From: Gemmatimonadota bacterium | GTDB taxonomy: Bacteria; Gemmatimonadota; Gemmatimonadetes; Gemmatimonadales; GWC2-71-9 | Reading direction: 5' to 3' | Assembly: GCA_003222135.1 (NCBI GenBank) | Contig: QHUM01000046.1 | Location: 1,664-65,663 of the forward strand | Length of the DNA stretch: 64,000 nucleotides | In this document: piece by piece, positions 23,262 to 33,384 of the stretch | Numbering within the stretch: the stretch's first letter is position 1 | How the letters are laid out: each line of letters starts with the position of its first letter | The notes under the pieces: generated by a model | What the model saw: the letters and a program-made list of their open reading frames with translations, nothing else | Databases searched by the model: none | What the model was told of the DNA's origin: nothing | Position numbers and translations under genes: made by a program

Positions 23262-26200
23262 TCACGAGACCTTCTCCGCGGGCTCCTGATCGGCCGCGAC
23301 GCTCGCGACCGGCGCGCTCGCCGGGGGCGGAAGCGGGGCCACCTTGCGGAACAGGGGCAAAGCGCGGTGCCACGCCACGACCAGGTCCCGCGCCCGCGGA
23401 CTCAACGTCTTCGCGAGATGCTGCTCCACGAGGGTCAGGATCTGCCACTCGTCCTGCGGCTCGAGCGGGCGGATGGCGACCATGTCCCCGTTCAGCCGGG
23501 CGGCGAGGCTCAGCGTTTCATCGAGCACGTAGGCGACGCCGTTGGACATGCCCGCGCCGAAGTTCCGCCCAACCTCGCCCAGCACCACCACCGTGCCGCC
23601 GGTCATGTACTCGCAGCAGTGGTTGCCCGCGCCCTCGATGACCGCGACCGCGCCCGAGTTCCGCACCGCGAACCGATCGCCCGCGCGTCCGGCGGCGAAT
23701 AGGGTCCCACCGGTGGCGCCGTACAGAGCCGTGTTGCCGAGAATCACGTTGCGATGGGTCAGGCCGGCGTACGCCGCATCGCGGAACGGCTTGATGACGA
23801 TTTCGCCGCCCGACAGGCCCTTCCCCACGTAGTCGTTCGCCTCCCCTTCGAGCTCGAGGTGCATTCCGGCAAGCGCGAACGCGCCGAAGCTCTGGCCCGC
23901 GCTGCCGCGGAACCCCAGACGGACCCGACCCGCCGGCAATCCGGCGCTCCCGTGACGCTCGGCAATGCGTCCCGCGATCCGCGCGCCGAGCGTCAGATGG
24001 CCGTTCCCGACGTCATACGACTCGCTGAACGGCCGGCCGCTCTCCAGACAGGGCCCCAGCGTGGTGAGAATCGCGTCATCGAGCGACTCGACTCCAGGGC
24101 GGTCGTTGCGCGCGACGCTGCGGCGGCGCGGCGCGTCCCGTGGCTCCGGGTCGGCGAGGAGCAACGACAGGTCGAGCATCTGGGCGCGCGGCACGTCCGG
24201 GCGGTCGACCCGTTCCAGCAGGTCCACGCGGCCGATGATCTCGTCCAGGCTGCGGAACCCCATGTCCGCGAGGATGCGTCGCACATCCTCCGCGATCGCG
24301 GTGAAGTACGCGACCACCTGCTCCGGCGTACCCTTGAACTTGGCCCGCAGCTCCGGCCGCTGGGTGGCGATCCCCGTCGGACAGCTGTTCAGATGACATT
24401 GCCGCGCCATGGCGCAGCCGATCGCCACGAGGACCGCCGTCCCGAAACCATATGCCTCGGCGCCGAGCAGGGCCGCCATGACGACGTCGCGCCCGGTCTT
24501 GAGACCGCCATCCACGCGCACTTCGATGCGGTGACGCAGTCCGTTCTCGATCAGCAGCGCCTGCGTCTCGGCGAGGCCCAGCTCCCACGGAGACCCCGCG
24601 TGCTTGATCGAGGATAGCGGCGAGGCGCCCGTGCCGCCGTTGTGACCGGAGACCAGCACGTAGTCGGCGTATGCCTTCGCCACGCCCGCCGCCACCCGGC
24701 CGACGCCGGCCTCGGCCACCAGCTTCACACCGACGCGGGCGCGCGGGTTCACCTGCTTCAGGTCGTGGATCAGCTGCGCCAGATCCTCGATCGAGTAGAT
24801 GTCGTGGTGCGGCGGCGGCGAGATCAGCGGGATGCCGGGCACGGCGTGCCGGAGCCGGGCGATCAGCGCCGTCACCTTGTGACCGGGGAGCTGACCCCCT
24901 TCGCCGGGCTTCGAGCCCTGGGCGATCTTGATCTCGAGCTCGTCGGCGCGCACGAGGTACTGGGTCGTGACCCCGAAGCGGGCGGACGCGACCTGTTTGA
25001 TCCGGTTGTCGGCGCGATCGCCGTTCGGGAGCGGCACGTAGCTGTCCGGATCCTCGCCGCCCTCGCCGGAGTTGGACCGGGCGCCCATGCGGTTCATCCC
25101 GGTCGCGAGCGTACGGTGTGCCTCGGGCGACAGCGCGCCGAGCGACATCGCGGTGGAGATGAAGCGGCGCCGGATCGCCTCCGCCGGCTCGACTTCCTCG
25201 AGCGCTACGGGAATACCCGTGCGGATCGCCAGCAAGTCGCGCGGCCCCGCCGGCAGGCGCGCCGCGACCTTGGCGACGAAGGCGTCATAGCCGTGGCGCT
25301 GCAGCGCCGTGACCACGGGCGGCGACCACCCGTGGTCCTCGCCGTCGCGGCGGAACCGCACGCGCCCGTGGTCGGGGAGCGCCCGCTCCCCACTGTCGTC
25401 GCCGGAGGCGGCGACGTGGCGGGCGAGAACGTCCTCCGCGATTTCGGCGAATCCGATCCCGCCGATGGTGGACACCGTTCCCGTAAAGCAGCGATCGATC
25501 ACCTCCGCGCCGAGCCCCAGCGCCTCGAAGATCTGGGCGCCGCAGTACGAGGACAGCGTCGAGATCCCCATCTTCGAGAGAATCTTGAGCAGGCCTTTCT
25601 CGGCGGCCGCGCGGAATCCGGCGCGGGCCTCCGTCGTGAGCCGGGCCCGCACCGACGCGAGCGCGAGCCAGGGGTGCACCGCTTCCGCGCCGTAGCCGAT
25701 CAGGGCGGCAAAATGATGTACGTCCCAGGCGTCCCCGGCTTCCGCCGCCAGGCCGAGTCGCGTGCGGAGACCCTGGCGGAGCAGGTGCTGGTGCACCGCA
25801 CCGATCGCCAACAGCATCGGGATGGGCGGGTGCTCGCCATCCGCGTCGCGATCGCTCACGATCAGGATGCGCGCGCCGAGCCGCACGGCCCGCTCCGCAG
25901 CGGTGCACAGGACATCGAGCGCGGTGCGGAGGGCATCGCCTCCGCTCGCCGGGCGCCACAGCGCCGGCAGCGTCACTCCCTGGTCGCCCGCGAGGTTGCG
26001 CAAGGCCGCGATCTCGTCTTCCAGGAGAATCGGATGCTCGGTGCGGACCAGTCGCAGCGCGGCTGGACTGTCGGCGAGCAGCGACCCGCGCCGTCCGAGG
26101 TGCATGCGCAGCGACATGACGAGGGTCTCGCGCAGCGGATCGATCGCCGGATTCGTCACCTGCGCGAAGCGCTGGCGGAAATACGCGTACAGGCTCTGCG

Positions 26201-27749
26201 GAATCCGCGACAGCGGTGGGATCGGCGTGTCGTCCCCCATGCTCCACACGGTGTCCTGGCCCGCCGTCGCCATCGGCTCGGCGACGTAACGCAGGTCCTC
26301 GAAGCTCCAGCCGAACGCGAGCTGGCGCGTGACGAGCTCGGGGCCATCGCAGGGCGTGAGGGTGACCCCGGCCGCCGGGCGGAGCGGGCGGACGGAGCGG
26401 GCGGCCCAGCGCGCGTACGGGCGGCGGCGGGCCACCTCCCGCTTGGCGTCGGCGTTGCGGAGAATCGTCTGGCGCCGCGTGTCGACGACGATCAGCTCAC
26501 CGGGGCCGAGGCTCCCGCTTTCGACCACGTCCCGCGGGTCCAAGTCCACCAGTCCCACCTCGGACCCGGCAACGAGCAGGCCGTCGCGGGTGATCTTATA
26601 GCGACAGGGCCGCAGGCCGTTGCGATCCAGCGCCGCGCCGGCGATGACGCCGTCCGTGAACGCCAGCGCGGCGGGGCCGTCCCAGGGCTCCACCAGGCAC
26701 TCGTGGAACTCGTAGAACCCTCGCAGCGCGCGCCCCATCTCGGGGGCGCCCTCGTGCGCCTCCGGCACGAGCATCATCAACGCGTGCACCGGGTCGCGGC
26801 CCGCGCGGACCAGCAGCTCGAGCGCGTTGTCCAGGCTCGTCGAATCGCTTCCCTCCGCCCAGATGACGGGCTTCAGGCGATCGATGCGCTCGTCCCAGAG
26901 CGGTGACGCCAGGGCCGGCTCGCGGGCGGTCATCGCGTTCCGGTTGCCCCAGAGGGTGTTGATCTCGCCGTTGTGCCCGAGCAACCGAAACGGCTGCGCC
27001 AGCGCCCAGCTCGAGCTCGTGTTGGTCGAGTACCGCTGGTGGAACACGGCGATCGCCGACTCGAAGTCGGACGATACCAGGTCCGGGAAGAAGCTCGGCA
27101 ACTCGGTGCCGGTGAGAAGGGCCTTGTACACCACGGTCCGACACGACAGCGAACACGCGAAAAAGCCGTCGAGCTCGGGTCCCGCCGCCGCAATGCGTTG
27201 CTCCAGGATCCGGCGGGCGAGATAGAGCGACCGCTCCCAGGCCGGCGCATCCACGTGCCGGCCGCCCGTGGGCGCGGCGATCACGGCCTGCCGGACGGCG
27301 GGGCAGGTGGCGCGAGCGGTGGGCCCGAGCACTCGGGGCTCGACGGGGACGTCGCGCCAGGCAAGCACCGGCAGGCCTGCGGCGCGCAGCACGTCTTCGA
27401 TGATGATGGTGGCACGGTCCCGGGCCGCCGGGTCCGGCGGCAGGAAGAACATCCCCACCGCGAACGGTTGCTCGGGCGCGAGCGAGAGGCCCAGCCGCGC
27501 CGCCTCTCTGTGGAAGAAGGCGCGGGGGATTTGGACGAGCAGGCCCGCGCCGTCACCCGAATGGTCGGTGGAGGCGGCGCCGCGGTGCGCTACGCGGGCG
27601 AGGGCTTGGAGCGCCAAGCCGACAATCCCGCTGGAGCGCTCCCCCGACGCCCGCGCCACGCACCCGACCCCGCAGGCGTCGTGCTCGCGCCAGGGGTCGC
27701 GGTCCGGCGCCCGGCGATTGGACCAGCGCGATCGATCGCGTTCGTGCAT
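23262..27749 (-). CDS. gltB: glutamate synthase large subunit
   Basis: About 1495 aa. It has a propeptide then the amidotransferase nucleophile (HDACGVGCVA), FMN and 3Fe-4S regions, and the C-terminal GXGXG domain. ATG 27749 has GGAG 6 nt upstream. In-frame TTG 27779 and ATG 27833 are alternatives. Confidence 0.93.
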   Translation of the reverse strand: MHERDRSRWSNRRAPDRDPWREHDACGVGCVARASGERSSGIVGLALQALARVAHRGAASTDHSGDGAGLLVQIPRAFFHREAARLGLSLAPEQPFAVGMFFLPPDPAARDRATIIIEDVLRAAGLPVLAWRDVPVEPRVLGPTARATCPAVRQAVIAAPTGGRHVDAPAWERSLYLARRILEQRIAAAGPELDGFFACSLSCRTVVYKALLTGTELPSFFPDLVSSDFESAIAVFHQRYSTNTSSSWALAQPFRLLGHNGEINTLWGNRNAMTAREPALASPLWDERIDRLKPVIWAEGSDSTSLDNALELLVRAGRDPVHALMMLVPEAHEGAPEMGRALRGFYEFHECLVEPWDGPAALAFTDGVIAGAALDRNGLRPCRYKITRDGLLVAGSEVGLVDLDPRDVVESGSLGPGELIVVDTRRQTILRNADAKREVARRRPYARWAARSVRPLRPAAGVTLTPCDGPELVTRQLAFGWSFEDLRYVAEPMATAGQDTVWSMGDDTPIPPLSRIPQSLYAYFRQRFAQVTNPAIDPLRETLVMSLRMHLGRRGSLLADSPAALRLVRTEHPILLEDEIAALRNLAGDQGVTLPALWRPASGGDALRTALDVLCTAAERAVRLGARILIVSDRDADGEHPPIPMLLAIGAVHQHLLRQGLRTRLGLAAEAGDAWDVHHFAALIGYGAEAVHPWLALASVRARLTTEARAGFRAAAEKGLLKILSKMGISTLSSYCGAQIFEALGLGAEVIDRCFTGTVSTIGGIGFAEIAEDVLARHVAASGDDSGERALPDHGRVRFRRDGEDHGWSPPVVTALQRHGYDAFVAKVAARLPAGPRDLLAIRTGIPVALEEVEPAEAIRRRFISTAMSLGALSPEAHRTLATGMNRMGARSNSGEGGEDPDSYVPLPNGDRADNRIKQVASARFGVTTQYLVRADELEIKIAQGSKPGEGGQLPGHKVTALIARLRHAVPGIPLISPPPHHDIYSIEDLAQLIHDLKQVNPRARVGVKLVAEAGVGRVAAGVAKAYADYVLVSGHNGGTGASPLSSIKHAGSPWELGLAETQALLIENGLRHRIEVRVDGGLKTGRDVVMAALLGAEAYGFGTAVLVAIGCAMARQCHLNSCPTGIATQRPELRAKFKGTPEQVVAYFTAIAEDVRRILADMGFRSLDEIIGRVDLLERVDRPDVPRAQMLDLSLLLADPEPRDAPRRRSVARNDRPGVESLDDAILTTLGPCLESGRPFSESYDVGNGHLTLGARIAGRIAERHGSAGLPAGRVRLGFRGSAGQSFGAFALAGMHLELEGEANDYVGKGLSGGEIVIKPFRDAAYAGLTHRNVILGNTALYGATGGTLFAAGRAGDRFAVRNSGAVAVIEGAGNHCCEYMTGGTVVVLGEVGRNFGAGMSNGVAYVLDETLSLAARLNGDMVAIRPLEPQDEWQILTLVEQHLAKTLSPRARDLVVAWHRALPLFRKVAPLPPPASAPVASVAADQEPAEKVS

Positions 27750-28023
27750 CACGGCTCCGTGGATCGAGACGCGAAACAAGAAGGCCCGCTCTCGTGAGGG
27801 AGCGGGCCGGGGCGTTGCTCGTGAGCTTGCATTCTAAGCCGCCCGGTCGCTCCCAGTCACGGGACAGGCCGGAGTCAGGATCAGATTTGCGTTCGACGTG
27901 CGGACGGTCACGGGCACCTACCTGATCGTACTAACCAGTTCGTATTAATATGCGGCTTACAGAATAAATATACGCTACCCCGTCCCTGGTCAAGGGGTGC
28001 CTTTGGCCGGCGGGCGACACGGG

Positions 28024-28857
28024 TCACCGGGCGATCAGGCGTTGGATCTCCCCGAATGGGATCACGAGGTCGGCCATCGCGTCGTAGGTGCCGCGCTCGC
28101 GTAACTCCCGTGCGATCCGGCGGATCAACCCCAGCGTTGCCTGCACGACACGGGGGCCCAGGCTCGCGCGGCGCACGCCCAGCGCCTCGAGCTGGTCGAG
28201 CGGCGGGGCGGGGGGGCCGGCGATGACGTTCAAGGGACCGGTGATCTCGCGGGCCAGCCGCCCGATCGTTTCCAGGTCGCTCACGTGGGGAACGAACAGG
28301 GAGTCGGCCCCGGCCGAGCGGTAGGCGTTGGCGCGGCGCACGGCGGCGGCGAAGCGCTCTGCCGGTGACCATTGTTTCACCTCGAACGCATCGGTTCGCG
28401 CATTGACGACGACTGGCACCCGCGCCGCCGCGCCCGCCTCGCGCACCGCCCGGAGGCGTTCCACCTGGAGCGTGAGGTCGAGCAGCAGGCCCTCGTCGGT
28501 CGCGTCCTCGAGATTCAACCCGATCGCGCCCGCCGCGATCACGCCGCGCGCCGTTTCCGCCGCGGCCTCTGGAGTCGCGCCGTAGCCGGCCTCAACGTCG
28601 GCGGTCACGGGGATCCGCACACCCTGCACGATCCGCCGCACAACCGCGAGCATCTCTCCGCGACTGATGCGCTCGCCGTCGGCGTACCCCAGCGTCCAGG
28701 CGACGCCGGCGCTCGAGGTGGCGATCGCGGGGAACCCGGCGTCCTCGATCAGGCGGGCGCTGATCGCGTCCCACGCGTTGGGGAGGACGAGCATGCGCGG
28801 TCCGGCATGCAGCCCTCGGAAGCGCTCCGCCTGTTGCGACTGCGTCGGTGCGGTCAT
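28024..28857 (-). CDS. isocitrate lyase/PEP mutase-family protein (2-methylisocitrate-lyase-like)
   Basis: 277 aa with LVLPNAWDAISARLIEDAGFPAIATSSAGVA and VTADVEAGYG...NLED. Only the 3' third of track ORF 28024..31077 is real. Confidence 0.8.
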   Translation of the reverse strand: MTAPTQSQQAERFRGLHAGPRMLVLPNAWDAISARLIEDAGFPAIATSSAGVAWTLGYADGERISRGEMLAVVRRIVQGVRIPVTADVEAGYGATPEAAAETARGVIAAGAIGLNLEDATDEGLLLDLTLQVERLRAVREAGAAARVPVVVNARTDAFEVKQWSPAERFAAAVRRANAYRSAGADSLFVPHVSDLETIGRLAREITGPLNVIAGPPAPPLDQLEALGVRRASLGPRVVQATLGLIRRIARELRERGTYDAMADLVIPFGEIQRLIAR

Positions 28858-28938
28858 CGCCCCCCCTCCTTGCTGATCACTGGACCTCGCACGCTCGCCA
28901 CCGGGCGGTAAGTTTGTGGCACCCAAACTCACCGCTCG

Positions 28939-31149
28939 GTGGCCATCATGCGTGCACGATCGCTTCCCCGCCTGTTTCCCGTCACCCTCGCTGTCCTGCT
29001 CGTCGGGCCGCTGTGCGCCCAGGCGACGCAGGCCCCCGTTCTCACGGTTCACTCGATCTGGGGCACGCGTGAGTTCGCGAGCGACCTCGTGGCCCCGACG
29101 TGGACCAAGGACGGTGCGGCGTACACGGCCATCGAGCCGGACAGCGCGGGGAACACGGATCTGTACCGGGTGGATGCCGTAACGGGGAGGAAGGAGCGCC
29201 TCGTCCGCGGCGCGGACCTCGTCCCGCCCGGAGCGCCGCGGCCGCTGGCGATCGAAGAGTACCGTTTCTCGAGCGACGGCGCGAGGGTGCTCATCTTCAC
29301 TAACTCGGCGCGGGTATGGCGCCAGAACACCAAGGGCACCTACTACGTCTGGGACTTGCCAGCCAAGCGTCTCATCCCGGTGAGCGCGCAGCCGGGTTAT
29401 CAGATGTTCGCCAAGTTCTCCTCCGACGGGCGGATGGTCGCCTTCGTGCGCGGCAACAACATCTACGTGACGGACCTGACGACCGGAGCCGAGACCGCGT
29501 TGACCGCGGACGGCAGCGACAACGTCATCAACGGGACTTCCGACTGGGTGTACGAGGAAGAGCTCGATCTGCGCGATGCGTTCCGCTGGAGCCCGGATGG
29601 TCGCCGGATCGCGTTCTGGCGGCTCGACCAGACGGCGATCCGGCCCTTTTATCTGCTGAACGCCGACTCGCTCTACCCCGAGCTTGTGGCAGTGCGGTAT
29701 CCCAAGGCGGGGACGCCGAATTCGGAGGTCAAGATCGGAATCGTGGATCTGGCGACGCGCCGGACCGCGTGGGTCAGCCTCGGATCGGAAAGGGACGTTT
29801 ACGTCGCCGCGATGGACTTCGCCGGATCGGCAGACGAGATCTGGCTCACTCGCCTGAACCGTCACCAGAACCGGCTCGACCTCCTGCTCGCCGACGCGAC
29901 GAGCGGGGCGTCCCGCACCATCATGGCCGACTCGGACGCCGCCTGGGTGGACGCGCACGAGCCCCGTTGGATCGCGGGGGGCAAGCAGTTCCTGTTCGAA
30001 AGCGAGCGGGACGGGTACCAGCAGGTGTATCTCTTCGACCGGGCCGGCGCCCTCGTGCGCCGCGTCACGCCGGGCGGCTGGGACGTGCTGCAGGTGTTCG
30101 GCGTCGACGAGAAAAAGCAGGTGTTGTACTTCACCGGCGCGATCGATGGACCGCTGGGCCGGCCGCTTCTCGCCATCGGGCTCGACGGCAAGGGTCTGAA
30201 GCGGCTCGCCGCGGAGCCCGGAAGCCACGGCATCGAGTTCGCTCCCACGTTCCAGCTGTACGTCGACACGTACTCGCGGGCCGGCGTTCCCCCGGTGCAG
30301 ACCCTGCGGCGGGCGGACGGCAAGGTGGTGCGCACGCTGGCGGACAACGCGTCGCTTACCACGAAGGTCGCGGGGCTGGGCCTCCCGCGCCCCGAGTTCC
30401 TCACGATTAAGACGGCGGACGGTGTGGAGCTCAACGCTTGGATCATCAAGCCGAAGGGCTTCGATCCGGCGCATCGCTATCCCCTGTTGATGACCGTGTA
30501 CGGCGGGCCGGGCTCCCAGACGGTGACCGACGGCTGGGGTGGCGCGAGCTACCTGTGGAACGAGATGCTGGCGGCAGACGGCTACCTCGTCGCGAGCGTC
30601 GACAATCGCGGCACCGGCGCGCGGGGCGCCCGGTTCAAGAAGCAGACTTACCTCCACCTCGGTCGGTACGAGTCGGCGGATCAGATCGCCGCGGCCCGCT
30701 GGTTTGGCGCGCAGCCGTACGTCGATCCCGACCGGATCGGCATCTGGGGCTGGAGCTACGGCGGCTACATGAGCTCGCTCAGCATGTTCCGCGGCGCCGG
30801 CGTGTTCAAAGCGGCGCTCGCCGTCGCCCCGGTCACCGACTGGCGCTTGTACGACACCATCTACACCGAGCGCTACATGCGCACGCCGCAGGAGAACCCA
30901 GCGGGCTATGCCGAAGGCGCCCCGCTCGCCTACGCCGATAGCCTGCAAGGCCACTTCCTGCTGGTGCATGGCACAGGCGATGACAACGTGCATTTCCAGA
31001 ATTCGATCCGGCTGGTGGAGCGGCTCGAAGCCGCCAACAAGCAGTTCGGCATGCGGATCTACCCGAACAAGACGCACGCGATCGCCGGCGGGAACACGCG
31101 CGAGAATCTGTACGACCTGTTCACGGCGTGGCTGAAGCGAAACCTCTAG
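28939..31149 (+). CDS. dipeptidyl-peptidase IV (S9B prolyl oligopeptidase family)
   Basis: Signal peptide, DPPIV N-terminal propeller (SDWVYEEEL), and the catalytic triad GWSYGGY, GTGDDNVH and H in NKTHAI. Confidence 0.9.
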   Translation: MAIMRARSLPRLFPVTLAVLLVGPLCAQATQAPVLTVHSIWGTREFASDLVAPTWTKDGAAYTAIEPDSAGNTDLYRVDAVTGRKERLVRGADLVPPGAPRPLAIEEYRFSSDGARVLIFTNSARVWRQNTKGTYYVWDLPAKRLIPVSAQPGYQMFAKFSSDGRMVAFVRGNNIYVTDLTTGAETALTADGSDNVINGTSDWVYEEELDLRDAFRWSPDGRRIAFWRLDQTAIRPFYLLNADSLYPELVAVRYPKAGTPNSEVKIGIVDLATRRTAWVSLGSERDVYVAAMDFAGSADEIWLTRLNRHQNRLDLLLADATSGASRTIMADSDAAWVDAHEPRWIAGGKQFLFESERDGYQQVYLFDRAGALVRRVTPGGWDVLQVFGVDEKKQVLYFTGAIDGPLGRPLLAIGLDGKGLKRLAAEPGSHGIEFAPTFQLYVDTYSRAGVPPVQTLRRADGKVVRTLADNASLTTKVAGLGLPRPEFLTIKTADGVELNAWIIKPKGFDPAHRYPLLMTVYGGPGSQTVTDGWGGASYLWNEMLAADGYLVASVDNRGTGARGARFKKQTYLHLGRYESADQIAAARWFGAQPYVDPDRIGIWGWSYGGYMSSLSMFRGAGVFKAALAVAPVTDWRLYDTIYTERYMRTPQENPAGYAEGAPLAYADSLQGHFLLVHGTGDDNVHFQNSIRLVERLEAANKQFGMRIYPNKTHAIAGGNTRENLYDLFTAWLKRNL

Positions 31150-32393
31150 CGCGGACCGCCCTGGCGGTCCTGACGCTGATCAACCTGTTCAACTATCTCG
31201 ACAGGTGGATCGTTGCCGCGCTCGCCGAAAGCATGAAACACTCCGAGCTGCAGCTTTCGGACACGCAGCTCGGCGCGCTCATGACCGGGTTCATCGTCGT
31301 GTACATGCTCGCGGCGCCGCTGTTCGGCTCGCTGGGCGACAGGCGATCGCGCACGCGGCTCATCGGCCTCGGCGTGGCGATCTGGAGCGCGGCCACGGCG
31401 CTGGCGGGGTTGGCGCGGAGCTACACCGCGCTGTTCGCGGCGCGGGCCGCGGTGGGGATCGGCGAGGCGGCCTACGGGACGATTTCGCCGGCGCTGCTTG
31501 CCGACTACTTCCCGCGCGAGCGGCGAGGGCGAGTGTTCGCGATCTTCTTCGCCGCGATCCCGATCGGCTCGGCGCTGGGGTACGTGGTGGGGGGTCTCGC
31601 GGATCACTACTTCGGCTGGCGGCCCGCGTTCTTCGTCGCGGGCGTCCCCGGCCTCCTGCTCGCTGCCCTCGCGCTGCGGCTGCACGAGCCGCGACGCGGC
31701 AGCCAGGACCCCGACGCTCCCGCTCCGGCCGCGGCAGCGGGGCAGGCGCGCGGCGCGGCGACCCGGTCCGCGTACGTTGCGCTGCTCCGCAACCGCCCCT
31801 ACACCCTCACCGTACTCGGGTACGCCGCCTACACCTTCGCGATCGGGGCGCTCGCCTTTTGGACCCCCTCGTTCCTCGAGCGCGCCCGCGGCATCCCCAA
31901 GGCCCAGGCGACCGTGCAGTTCGGCGCGATCGTGGTGGTGACGGGGTTCGTCGGTACCTACGGCGGCGGCTGGTTGGGAGACCGGTTGTTGCGACGCACC
32001 CAACAGGCGTACCTGTGGGTGTCCGGGGTCGCGACGCTCGCGGCCGCGCCGCTCACACTCGCGGCCCTCGCCGCGCCCGCGCCCCCGGTCTATTGGACGG
32101 CCATCGTGGCGGCCGAGCTGCTCCTGTTCGCGTCGACCGGGCCCGTCAACTCGACGATCGTGAACGTCGTGTCCCCACACGTGCGCGCGACGGCCGTCGC
32201 GCTGAGCATTTTCACGATTCACATCCTGGGCGACGTGCCGTCGCCCTCGCTGGTTGGGGCGATCTCGGACGCGCGCTCACTCGGTGAGGCGATGCTGATC
32301 ATTCCGGTCGCGGTGCTCGTGGGAGGGATCATCTGGAGCTACGCGGCGTGGCGGTGCGACCGGGCCGTCGCTGCCGCTGCACGGACGATGTAG
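31128..32393 (+). CDS. MFS transporter (Spinster-like)
   Basis: 12 TM segments. Motifs LINLFNYLDRW and GSLGDRRSRTRLI (MFS motif A). GTG start overlaps the DPP-IV end by 22 nt, so the start is uncertain. Confidence 0.85.
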   Translation: MAEAKPLARTALAVLTLINLFNYLDRWIVAALAESMKHSELQLSDTQLGALMTGFIVVYMLAAPLFGSLGDRRSRTRLIGLGVAIWSAATALAGLARSYTALFAARAAVGIGEAAYGTISPALLADYFPRERRGRVFAIFFAAIPIGSALGYVVGGLADHYFGWRPAFFVAGVPGLLLAALALRLHEPRRGSQDPDAPAPAAAAGQARGAATRSAYVALLRNRPYTLTVLGYAAYTFAIGALAFWTPSFLERARGIPKAQATVQFGAIVVVTGFVGTYGGGWLGDRLLRRTQQAYLWVSGVATLAAAPLTLAALAAPAPPVYWTAIVAAELLLFASTGPVNSTIVNVVSPHVRATAVALSIFTIHILGDVPSPSLVGAISDARSLGEAMLIIPVAVLVGGIIWSYAAWRCDRAVAAAARTM

Positions 32394-32417
32394 GGGCGCA
32401 GCATGCTGCGCCCCTAC
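32390..32417. terminator. perfect 28-nt palindrome between convergent genes (possible bidirectional hairpin terminator, no U-tract)
   Basis: GTAGGGGCGCAG-CATG-CTGCGCCCCTAC. It contains the MFS stop codon TAG (32391-32393). Confidence 0.4.
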
Positions 32418-32445
32418 ACAGGGCTGTCACGACGTCAGCCGCGCA

Positions 32446-33348
32446 TCACGGTGTCGTCTTCGGACTCCGCCAGCCCTCGATCTCCTGGACGAAGCTCCGG
32501 GCGACGTCGGCGAGATCCACCGGTCCGATCGCCGGATCCTGCTTCAACCCCTCGACCCGCGTAAGGTTGACCGAGGCCTTCTGGTATGTGCTGTCGATCC
32601 CGAGCGCGGCCTTATAGGCGTCCGCACTCTGGGTAATGTGGCCCGTGCGCTCGAGAACCAGGCCGAGGTTGTTCTGGAACGCCGCTACGGTCGAATCGAT
32701 CCCGATGGCGTGTGCCAGCGGCCCGACCGCCTGATCGAACTTGCCTTGGCCGAGGTACACGATCGCCAAGTTGTTCAGCGACCACACGTCGCGGTCGTCG
32801 AGCACGAGGGAGCGGTGGTAAGCGTCGATCGCACCCGTGGCGTCCCCGAGCGCGCTCTTGACCCGTCCGAGCAGCCGGAACCCCTCACTCGATCCCGAAT
32901 CGATTTTGAGCGCCGCCTCGACGCTCGAAAGCGCGTCTTGTGGCTTACCCTGCTCGATAAGCACGCGGGTCAGGTTCAAGTGGCTCTTGACGTGGGTCGA
33001 GTCCTGCTCGAGCGCGCGCTTGAACGCGTCGACCGCCCCGTCGCGGTCTCCCGTCTTCCACGTGGAGAGGCCGAGCATGTAGTATCCCCACACGTTGTGG
33101 GGCTGGTCGGTGGTGTACGTCGCGAACATCCGTGAAGCTTCGTCGTAGCGCCGTTGCTTGAACGCAGCGTTGGCGCTCTCAAACGAGACGGGCGGGGTCG
33201 CGACTGGAGCGGGCGTCGACCCGCCGGTCGGCGTGGACGAGACGGTGGACACTTCTGCCGCGTTCGCGTCGGATGCCTTGGGGTGCTTGTCCCCGCAGGC
33301 GCCGAGGATGAAGGCGGCGATCGAGATGAGCGTGATGCGGTTCCGCAT
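32446..33348 (-). CDS. TPR-repeat lipoprotein
   Basis: Lipobox AAFILGAC. Repeated TPR-like units are present (AAFKQRRYDEASRMF, WGYYMLGLSTWKTGD, AVDAFKRALEQD and others). AGGAGG precedes the ATG. Confidence 0.8.
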   Translation of the reverse strand: MRNRITLISIAAFILGACGDKHPKASDANAAEVSTVSSTPTGGSTPAPVATPPVSFESANAAFKQRRYDEASRMFATYTTDQPHNVWGYYMLGLSTWKTGDRDGAVDAFKRALEQDSTHVKSHLNLTRVLIEQGKPQDALSSVEAALKIDSGSSEGFRLLGRVKSALGDATGAIDAYHRSLVLDDRDVWSLNNLAIVYLGQGKFDQAVGPLAHAIGIDSTVAAFQNNLGLVLERTGHITQSADAYKAALGIDSTYQKASVNLTRVEGLKQDPAIGPVDLADVARSFVQEIEGWRSPKTTP

Positions 33349-33384
33349 AAACTCCTCCTGGATTGGGGTTCGTGCCCCGTAAGA

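Noticed and set aside
24642-26906. 754-aa plus-strand ORF, plus many smaller ORFs between 23.3 and 27.8 kb
   Set aside because: They are antisense to gltB, whose product is unmistakable along its whole length.
27749-27833. Apparent 27-codon upstream ORF overlapping the gltB start
   Set aside because: On re-indexing, ATG 27833 is in the same frame as gltB with no intervening stop. It is an alternative gltB start (N-terminal extension), not a separate uORF.
27841-28023. Glutamine (glnA-type) riboswitch or NtcA GTA-N8-TAC site upstream of gltB
   Set aside because: The conserved GGACGGAAGU / GAAGGAACG elements are not present on either strand. GTA...TAC pairs occur only at the wrong spacing.
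28858-31077. Upstream two thirds of the 1017-aa minus-strand ORF 28024..31077
   Set aside because: Only the last 277 codons (from ATG 28857) form the PEP-mutase-family protein. The rest is the antisense shadow of the DPP-IV gene.
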